Source: Aestuariivirga sp. (GTDB lineage: Bacteria > Pseudomonadota > Alphaproteobacteria > Rhizobiales > Aestuariivirgaceae). Taken from it: a stretch of 64,000 bases of DNA. Positions 57,484 through 64,000 of the stretch are shown here, one piece after another (the stretch's first letter is position 1; each line of letters begins with the position of its first letter). Under the pieces are notes generated by a model. It saw nothing but the letters and a program-made list of their open reading frames with translations. It was not told where the DNA came from and searched no databases. The position numbers were made by a program, and so were the translations under genes. The DNA lies in contig JAYUHQ010000062.1 of assembly GCA_043766895.1 (NCBI GenBank), positions 792 through 64,791 of the forward strand. The letters are read 5' to 3'.

Positions 57484-58487
57484 CACACGGTCTCCGTCAC
57501 TTTTTTAAGAAGCCGCGGCCGATCAGGATCACGTCCCTTTGCTTGTGCCGTTGCCTCAACAAAGCGATAAGCAGTTTGTATAAGCGATATAGGATCAAGA
57601 TACGGGTGCCCCGTGCCGACAAACGGCAACCCCCCTATTTCCGCCACCAAAATATTCGCTCCCGTTTTGCGCATTTTTAAAAGCGCATCTTTCGACGATG
57701 CACGCGATTTATCTTCAGGCGAATATGCTAAAACCGGATAGCCTTCCGCCAACAGTTCTAATGGGCCATGCATCACCTCAGCGATCGAATATGCTTCGGC
57801 ATGAATTGCGCAGGTTTCTTTCAGCTTCAGCGCAGTTTCGGCGGCTATCGGTAACGTTGGCCCACGGCCCACAACATAGAGTGATTCAGCATTTTGCGCC
57901 AAAGCCACAGCCTCAGGCCAATCAATTGATGCGGCTTTTGCCAAGTGTTCAGGCAGCGCCGAAATTGCAGAAAGCAGTTCACGATCTTTGCGCCAATGAG
58001 CAAGAATGGCGGCACCAGCAACCAAAGAAACAATAAATGTTTTTGTTGCAGCAACACTCAATTCAGGGCCAGCATAAAGTGGTAAGCAAATATCTGCCGC
58101 GTGTGCTGCTGGTGAATCCTCAACATTAACGATGGCAACGGTGAAGGCCCCCGCTTTGCGCGCTGCATTTTGCAAAGCAACAATATCAGGGCTTTTGCCA
58201 GATTGTGAAACCGTTAAACAAAAGCCATCCGGCAATTGAAGTGCCGCACCGTAAACCGAAACCACCGAAGCGCCCATCGAACAACAAGGTACGCCCGTTT
58301 GAATTTCAGTAAGATATTTAAAATAGCCCGCCGCATTGTCTGAACTACCACGCGCTGAAGTGATAATGACTGGCGGTGTTTTGCGCCGCAGCCTTGCGCC
58401 AATTTCATCCAATGTTTTCGCATTGCGATCAAGAAAACGTGCCACAGCCTCAGGGGCTTCGGTGGCTTCGCGGGCCATGTGGCTCAT
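57483..58487 (-). CDS. SIS-domain glucosamine-6-phosphate deaminase (NagB-II / GlmS-C type)
   Basis: ARGSSDNA, SQSGKSPD, AGPELSVAATKTF, ETALKLKE, HGP and KKVTETV. Confidence 0.9.
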   Translation of the reverse strand: MSHMAREATEAPEAVARFLDRNAKTLDEIGARLRRKTPPVIITSARGSSDNAAGYFKYLTEIQTGVPCCSMGASVVSVYGAALQLPDGFCLTVSQSGKSPDIVALQNAARKAGAFTVAIVNVEDSPAAHAADICLPLYAGPELSVAATKTFIVSLVAGAAILAHWRKDRELLSAISALPEHLAKAASIDWPEAVALAQNAESLYVVGRGPTLPIAAETALKLKETCAIHAEAYSIAEVMHGPLELLAEGYPVLAYSPEDKSRASSKDALLKMRKTGANILVAEIGGLPFVGTGHPYLDPISLIQTAYRFVEATAQAKGRDPDRPRLLKKVTETV

Positions 58488-59254
58488 AATGCGCCGCCTG
58501 GAGCAATGGTGAGCTCGGCCACAAAATCATAGCCGTCGCCGCGATAATAACAGCGGGTAAATTCTACAATGCGTCCGTCCGGAAGGTATGAAATTCGTTC
58601 AATAAAAAGTGCCGGGCTGGCAATGGGCATTCCAAGTAAACGCGCATCATGAGCCGATAGTGCAGTTGCCTGCAATCGCTGCAATGCGCGCACTGGCCTC
58701 ACACCCAACGCATCAAGCGCAACATAAAGTGACCCCGTAACCTCTTCCGGGTTTCTGATAAATTTATAAGGAATAACCGCAAGTTCAATTGCCATCGGCT
58801 CACCATTGGCGCGGCGCAAACGATGAAACCGCGATACATATTCGCTCGGTGAAATTGAAAGCTTCAAGGCTTCCTCAGGCGTTGGCAACCTGACCGAACG
58901 ATCAAGCCAATCCGCATCCGTCTTCAATCCGCGAAGTTCCATATCTTGCGTAAAACTTGTAAGACGAGAAAGTGGCTGCTCAATGCGCAGCGCCGCACCA
59001 TTGACGTAGGTTCCAGAACCGCGCCGTTGCAACAACACCCCCTCAGCCACCAATTCGGTGAAGGCCGTTCTCACTGTAACACGCGATACATCCAACATCT
59101 GGGCCACATCCCGCTCACTAGGAATGGAGTCTCCCACTTGCAGATCACCAGAATCGACGGCATCACGAACAAGTTTTTTAACGCGCGCATAAAGCGGCGC
59201 GGTGTTGCTAGCCTCGAACCGACTTTGCGCAAAAATTTTTTCAATCTGGCTCAT
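58484..59254 (-). CDS. GntR/HutC family regulator (NagQ-like)
   Basis: PSERDVAQMLDVSRVTVR, RRGSGTYV and UTRA domain (LSRLTSFTQDM); lies within the nag cluster. Confidence 0.9.
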   Translation of the reverse strand: MSQIEKIFAQSRFEASNTAPLYARVKKLVRDAVDSGDLQVGDSIPSERDVAQMLDVSRVTVRTAFTELVAEGVLLQRRGSGTYVNGAALRIEQPLSRLTSFTQDMELRGLKTDADWLDRSVRLPTPEEALKLSISPSEYVSRFHRLRRANGEPMAIELAVIPYKFIRNPEEVTGSLYVALDALGVRPVRALQRLQATALSAHDARLLGMPIASPALFIERISYLPDGRIVEFTRCYYRGDGYDFVAELTIAPGGAL

Positions 59255-60135
59255 GCCCAAACTTCCGTCAAACCTTTGAACTTGCGCGCCATCATAATGG
59301 CCCCATCCATGGCATCGTAGATCGGCATGGCCAGAGATTTTTTAACATCTGCATCGAGATAAGGCGGGTAAACTTTGGCCAATCCGCCCAACAAACAAAT
59401 GTGTCGCGCACCCCGCGCCAATAAGGCACGCCCCAAATTTGAAATTGCTGCAGCACCTTCAATCACAATCGTCATGCCATGGACATCGCCCTTGGTGGCA
59501 CAGGCGAAAACCAGCGGGGCCATTTGGGCATAATCTTTGGGGCTGGCCTTTTCAGACCAGCGCGAAAGCTCAAATCGTGTACGACCAACACGCGATAAAA
59601 CATCTTCAATCAACGGCGTGGGTTGCAACAAACCATCAATAGCCAATGCTGCCCGCCGCACCGCGTGATGGCCAATCCACGCGCCCGATCCATGGTCACC
59701 CAGCGCAAAACCCCAACCCCCCACCATGTGACGCGTGTCATTAATCAAAGCAAACCCAATCGAACCCGTGCCCGCAATTACAATGCCACCATCACCACCC
59801 GCAAAAGCGCCAAGACAAGCAACATAGGCATCATTATCCGCGGTGACCGAAGCGAATGGCAAGTTTGCGGCAATAATTTTTTCGGCACCCTTGGATGTGA
59901 CAATACCAGCAAGGCCAAGACCTGCATGCAGATCAACCGTTCTTAAATTTGCTTTGCCCGCAGCCTCTTGCGCGGTTGAAATTATGTTGGCCAACGCACC
60001 TTCAAAACTAAGATAGATATTGGAAGAACCACCCACGGCTTCCCCCAATATTGCGCCTTCCAAATTCCGAATGCGGGCGCGGCAGCGGCTGCCACCGCCG
60101 TCAATTCCCAAAAAATATTTGCCTTCATAAGCCAT
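59251..60135 (-). CDS. BadF/BadG/BcrA/BcrD-family N-acetylglucosamine kinase
   Basis: GIDGGGS, DNDA, IAGTGS and GGWGF.LGDHGSGAWIG. Confidence 0.9.
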   Translation of the reverse strand: MAYEGKYFLGIDGGGSRCRARIRNLEGAILGEAVGGSSNIYLSFEGALANIISTAQEAAGKANLRTVDLHAGLGLAGIVTSKGAEKIIAANLPFASVTADNDAYVACLGAFAGGDGGIVIAGTGSIGFALINDTRHMVGGWGFALGDHGSGAWIGHHAVRRAALAIDGLLQPTPLIEDVLSRVGRTRFELSRWSEKASPKDYAQMAPLVFACATKGDVHGMTIVIEGAAAISNLGRALLARGARHICLLGGLAKVYPPYLDADVKKSLAMPIYDAMDGAIMMARKFKGLTEVWA

Positions 60136-60143
60136 TCAAGAAT

Positions 60144-60161
60144 AATACCAATATAATACCA
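60144..60161 (-). promoter_or_regulatory. Tandem TGGTATT boxes (NagQ-like operator) before the kinase gene
   Basis: The - strand reads TGGTATT-ATAT-TGGTATT (period 11), ending 8 nt before the ATG. Confidence 0.65.
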
Positions 60162-60243
60162 AATGAAAAGAACTATCTTGCATTGCCCCACAAATACTGG
60201 AATATTTCATATTTACGGCTATTTAAACTTAGTTCTGGACAAG

Positions 60244-60261
60244 TGGTAGCTGTTTGGTATT
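60244..60261 (+). promoter_or_regulatory. Tandem TGGTA(GC/TT) boxes (NagQ-like operator) before murQ
   Basis: TGGTAGC-TGTT-TGGTATT (period 11), ending 8 nt before the ATG. Confidence 0.6.
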
Positions 60262-60269
60262 GATATTCT

Positions 60270-61163
60270 ATGACCAGCACAGAAGACAAATCGTCCACTT
60301 ATAAAGACCTCGACACTTGGGCAGATGTCGATATTTTGTCGGCTTTGGTTGATGGCCAACAACGCGCCATAGCCGCCGTTCGAAACGCCATTCCGACACT
60401 GTCCAAGGCCGCTGATGCGATGGCAAATAACCTTAAAAATGGTGGTCGCCTGTTCTATGCTGGTGCTGGAACGTCAATCCGCATTGGCGTGCAAGACGGT
60501 TCAGAATTACCGGCAACATTTGGCATGGCAGATGAGAAAATTGGTTATCTCATTGCTGGTGGCACCGCTGCACTATTTGAAACGCTTGCAGATGCTGAAG
60601 ACAACACCGACGAAGGCACCAAGGCCGCCTTAATTCTAAAAAGTGATGATACTTTGATAGCGGTCGCGGCTTCTGGCGCAACGCCCTACACCGTTGCTGC
60701 GGCCATTCAAGCAAAGCAAAATGGCGCCACAGTCATAGCCGTTGTCAATAATTCAAATTCCCCTTTGGCCGCTGTTGCCGATGTTGAAATTTTTCTCGAC
60801 ACTGGTGCAGAAGTGATCGCAGGTTCAACGCGCATGGGCGCGGCAACTGCGCAAAAGGCAGCGCTCAATCTTATCTCAACTCTTGCTCACATCAAGTTAG
60901 GCGCGGTCTATGATGGTATGATGGTGAATGTGCAGGCAGGCAATTTGAAACTTCAAAAACGCGCGCGCGGCATTGTATGCACAATAACAGGTGTTGATGA
61001 AACCACGTCTGAAGCGGCGCTGAAACAAACCGAAGGCGATATAAAACTTGCGGTTCTGCTCTGTTCACGTTTCCAAACCATAGAAAGTGCGCGTCGCAAA
61101 TTGGCTGAAACCCATGGCAATTTAAGACAGGCGCTTAGCGCGAAAGCAACCGCGCCAGACTAA
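60270..61163 (+). CDS. murQ: N-acetylmuramic acid 6-phosphate etherase
   Basis: YAGAGTSIRIG, DGSELPATFG, DAED, AASGATPY, GSTRMGAATAQK and MVNV...N.KL..RA. Confidence 0.88.
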   Translation: MTSTEDKSSTYKDLDTWADVDILSALVDGQQRAIAAVRNAIPTLSKAADAMANNLKNGGRLFYAGAGTSIRIGVQDGSELPATFGMADEKIGYLIAGGTAALFETLADAEDNTDEGTKAALILKSDDTLIAVAASGATPYTVAAAIQAKQNGATVIAVVNNSNSPLAAVADVEIFLDTGAEVIAGSTRMGAATAQKAALNLISTLAHIKLGAVYDGMMVNVQAGNLKLQKRARGIVCTITGVDETTSEAALKQTEGDIKLAVLLCSRFQTIESARRKLAETHGNLRQALSAKATAPD

Positions 61164-62280
61164 GGCTTAGGATAAGTGGAAGTGCCAGCATCAACAAACC
61201 CAAGCGCATGCCCAGCCCCTGTGCCACCAAGCCTATCATAACGGGGCCAACAAGAAAGCCAAGCAGCGCCACAAATGTAAGCGTGGCGACGCTTGCTGCT
61301 GATGGTTTATCTGTTTGCTGTGCGGCAGCCGATACACCCAACGGAAAGCCCACAGAAACGCCAATGCCAACAAGTGCAAACCCCAAATAGGCTAGAATCA
61401 AATGAGGTGTAAGAAAAACGAGCGCAATGCCTGCCAACGAGACAATGCCGCACATTTCGGCGGTGGTGCGCGCACCAAAGCGCTGTTTTAATCGATCCCC
61501 CATAAAACGGCCAAATGCCACCATCGATGCAAATGCGGCATAACCAAGCCCGACACTGGCCCCCTTGGCTGCAAACACATCACGCAGATAAACCGCAGAC
61601 CAATCTGCAATCGCCCCTTCTGTCAATGCGATGCCAAATGCGAAAAGGCTGATGCCCAGCAACACGGAACTTGGCCAATTCCATTTTGAACCCTTAATCA
61701 CAGCCGCAGAAATAACGTCAAAACGCGGCAGTGCGCGGCTTGCCATAAGTGCCGGAACCACTACGGCGGCGGCAACACATGTCACACCCCATTCTGGCGA
61801 AAAACCAAATTGTGCTAAGCCTGAACCGACCAAGCTGCCAGACATAATACCCAAGCTCCAAAAGCCATGGCAGGAATTCATAATAAGTTTGCGGTCTGCT
61901 TTTTCGATTTGATCTGCCATCACATTCAAGCCAAGCTCAAGCACTGACAAGGCAGATCCAACAATTGCCAAGGCTCCATAAAGCAACGCAGCAGAATTGA
62001 CCCAGACTGGCAACGAGACAACACTCAAGAAAATGATGAACCCATAAAAAATAGTCGCGCGGCTGCCCAGAACGCCAACAATTTTGCTGCCAAAGAGCAA
62101 GGTTATCAAAATTCCGGTTGGCAGGCCCAAAAGGCCAAGGGCCAGGCTTTTTGAATCAAGCCCCATCCTCTCTTGAATTTCTGGAATGCGCGGCAACCAA
62201 CTTCCATAAGCGATAGGCTGCAAAGCAAAAACCAATTTGATCATAGTTGGATCAATGATTTTCCTTTCAAGATTTTTCAA
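61135..62280 (-). CDS. MFS transporter (YbjJ-like)
   Basis: HGFWSLG and EGAIADWSAVYL motifs. TTG 62280 overlaps the MlrC stop; ATG 62244 is the alternative. Confidence 0.85.
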   Translation of the reverse strand: MKNLERKIIDPTMIKLVFALQPIAYGSWLPRIPEIQERMGLDSKSLALGLLGLPTGILITLLFGSKIVGVLGSRATIFYGFIIFLSVVSLPVWVNSAALLYGALAIVGSALSVLELGLNVMADQIEKADRKLIMNSCHGFWSLGIMSGSLVGSGLAQFGFSPEWGVTCVAAAVVVPALMASRALPRFDVISAAVIKGSKWNWPSSVLLGISLFAFGIALTEGAIADWSAVYLRDVFAAKGASVGLGYAAFASMVAFGRFMGDRLKQRFGARTTAEMCGIVSLAGIALVFLTPHLILAYLGFALVGIGVSVGFPLGVSAAAQQTDKPSAASVATLTFVALLGFLVGPVMIGLVAQGLGMRLGLLMLALPLILSLSLARLLSR

Positions 62281-63761
62281 CCTTGAAGAACCGCAAATGG
62301 ATCGGCAACACGTGGCCAAATTGCCCGTTTAAGTTTTGTATAGTTGGTTTTAGCAGGATCCGATGGATAGGACGTAGGGGCCGAGACATAAATGATACGA
62401 GATGCAATGGGCTCAAACCCTGCATAAAAATGATTGGTGGATTTCACCAACAAAATATCTTTTTGCAGCGGATCAATGCCCAGATTTGAAAAAATATCGG
62501 GCTCAAAAGTTTGGGTTCGATTGGTATTGAGAATAACGTCAATATCTGTTCCAACAATACGCACCACTGCCGTTCTTCCTAGGGTCACGCGGCTTTTGCC
62601 GAAACTTTGCCAGCCTTCCTCAGCCAGCTTTTTCACGCTCACCAGTGCATCAATGGGTTCGCCAGCTTGCGGGCCTGCTTTGCCGCCAAAGCGCAGTTGC
62701 AGTTCAGCCCCCTCGCCCGCCGCATGACAAAATGTAACGGCCATCGGATCCCAGATTGTTGCCACACCCACATTGTTCACACCACGCTTGATAATTTCAC
62801 GCAAAATAACGGTTCCATCACCAGCTACGCCGCCGCCTGGATTATCCCATGTATCAGCAATAACAGCAGGACGCTTTGGATCAATGAGATGCGCTGCCAA
62901 GGCTTGATCAATTCCCTCATCCACCGGAACCATATTCATGATGGTTTTATCGCGCATCGCAAAAAGCTCGTGGCCAAGTCTTTCTGCCAATGCATCACCT
63001 TTTGCCTTTGAATTATTGGTCACCACCAAAATCCGTGTTCCCATGTCAGGCACGTCAGCTGCCATGAAGCCGTGAATAACCGAAATTGAAAGAATATCGT
63101 TAATGCCCTGCAATGCCTTGATGCGATCAACAAATGAACGCATGGGCTCGCGGCTTGTTGGCAACACTGCAATCATCCGACAATCAAATGTTGATATCAC
63201 CGGACGGATTTTACCGTTCAGAGCCGCCATTGCCAATTCCACCACATGTTCGCCACGCTCGTAAAAATCAGTATGTGGAAATTCAAGAAAACTCGCCAAA
63301 ATATTTGAGGCTTTCACGCGCATATCCGTCAAATGGCTATGGGGATCGAGTTCACAGGCAATCACCGTATCTGGCCCCACCATTTCTCTTATCCGCGCCA
63401 GAAAATCGCCTTCGCAATCATCATAGCCTTGGGCCACCATGGCGCCATGCAAGCCCAGCACAACACCATCAACAGGCAAGGCTTCAGCCAATTGCTGAAG
63501 AATTTCATCTCGAAGATTTTCATAGGTTTGTTTTTGAACCAGCCCGCCTGGTTCCGCCCACGCGGCGGTGCCCTCGATAACAGTAAGGTTTTCTCGGTCA
63601 GTCAGTTTGCGCAAAGCGATCATCGGAGAAGAGCAAAGGGTTGGCGTATCTGGGTGCTGTCCGGGTGGCGCATAAAAGGCCTGCACAAAGGAAGAGCGAT
63701 CCGTGGGCACGGGTGAGAATGTGTTGGTTTCAGTGGCGAGAGACGCCGTGAAAATGCGCAT
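62277..63761 (-). CDS. M81/MlrC-family metallo-hydrolase
   Basis: TETNTFSP, LGLHGAMV, DPH, FPHTD, DNPGGG and LVKSTNHF. Confidence 0.9.
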   Translation of the reverse strand: MRIFTASLATETNTFSPVPTDRSSFVQAFYAPPGQHPDTPTLCSSPMIALRKLTDRENLTVIEGTAAWAEPGGLVQKQTYENLRDEILQQLAEALPVDGVVLGLHGAMVAQGYDDCEGDFLARIREMVGPDTVIACELDPHSHLTDMRVKASNILASFLEFPHTDFYERGEHVVELAMAALNGKIRPVISTFDCRMIAVLPTSREPMRSFVDRIKALQGINDILSISVIHGFMAADVPDMGTRILVVTNNSKAKGDALAERLGHELFAMRDKTIMNMVPVDEGIDQALAAHLIDPKRPAVIADTWDNPGGGVAGDGTVILREIIKRGVNNVGVATIWDPMAVTFCHAAGEGAELQLRFGGKAGPQAGEPIDALVSVKKLAEEGWQSFGKSRVTLGRTAVVRIVGTDIDVILNTNRTQTFEPDIFSNLGIDPLQKDILLVKSTNHFYAGFEPIASRIIYVSAPTSYPSDPAKTNYTKLKRAIWPRVADPFAVLQG

Positions 63762-63867
63762 AAAAGTGCTTAGCCCTTTTTACAATAAATATTCATTTTG
63801 CACGCCAAAGGTTTCGAAATAAAAGTGAATTTATTACATAATGGTGAAATTCGAACAATTCAAGCAT

Positions 63868-63906
63868 AACATTATGTTGTTAGTTTACATTTTTTGACAT
63901 AACGTC
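63868..63906. promoter_or_regulatory. Two imperfect palindromes in the mlrC/SDR divergent spacer
   Basis: AACATTATGTT (63868-63878) and GACATAACGTC (63896-63906) in an AT-rich intergenic region. Confidence 0.25.
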
Positions 63907-63953
63907 TGTTTAACGTGCGTTCTCTATTGTTTTGCATCGGAGTTATCAAGGTC

Positions 63954-64000
63954 ATGGCCAAAGGTGATTTCTCAGGAAAAACCGTCTTGGTTACAGGCGC
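63954..64000 (+). CDS. SDR family oxidoreductase, 5' fragment; runs off the right edge
   Basis: MAKGDFSGKTVLVTGA, the start of a TGxxxGxG Rossmann motif. Confidence 0.75.
   Translation, partial: MAKGDFSGKTVLVTG

Noticed and set aside
62277-63761. Calling this a microcystin-degradation locus
   Set aside because: Only an MlrC-family gene is present; mlrA, mlrB and mlrD are absent, and the family is broad.
1-64000. Mobile elements, CRISPR arrays, rRNA/tRNA genes and defence systems
   Set aside because: No transposase, integrase or cas motifs, no regularly spaced repeats and no RNA-gene signatures were seen by eye; a tRNAscan/Infernal run would confirm.

Overview
A 64-kb, gene-dense chromosomal segment from what looks like an alphaproteobacterium (Hyphomicrobiales-like panB/yfgM/der neighbourhood, roughly 50% GC by eye). 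I found no rRNA, tRNA, CRISPR array, integrase or transposase. The first ~7 kb is core envelope and housekeeping DNA: der, a Pro/Lys-rich lipoprotein in the usual bamB slot, yfgM, a Tat-exported multicopper-oxidase-fold protein that has lost most copper ligands, DUF2853, panB, and a tandem pair of uncharacterised ParA/MinD-like P-loop proteins. The rest is a run of catabolic modules. (i) Acetamidase, proline-iminopeptidase and a Dpp-type ABC importer. (ii) A LIV-type ABC importer with an HDAC-family amidohydrolase, SDR, MoaF-like and SnoaL proteins. (iii) A FeaR-like AraC regulator with ALDH and GMC. (iv) Cytochrome P450 with a gamma-glutamylation set and an APC permease. (v) IclR, Tm-1-like, HAD, two class-III PLP enzymes and an APH-type kinase. 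(vi) Homogentisate genes (hmgA, FAH family, maiA) with extra MBL, flavoprotein and DUF2783 genes. (vii) The homoprotocatechuate operon hpaR/F/E/D/H with an embedded aromatic amino-acid decarboxylase. (viii) An uncharacterised membrane protein plus YceI, preceded by copies of the HpaR-like operator. (ix) The GlcNAc/MurNAc cluster nagK-nagQ-nagB-II-nagA / murQ with TGGTATT operator repeats. (x) MlrC/M81 plus MFS, and the start of an SDR. Product calls come from my recognition of motifs and synteny, not from database searches. Several starts were moved downstream of the ORF-track start using RBS, overlap and N-terminal plausibility.
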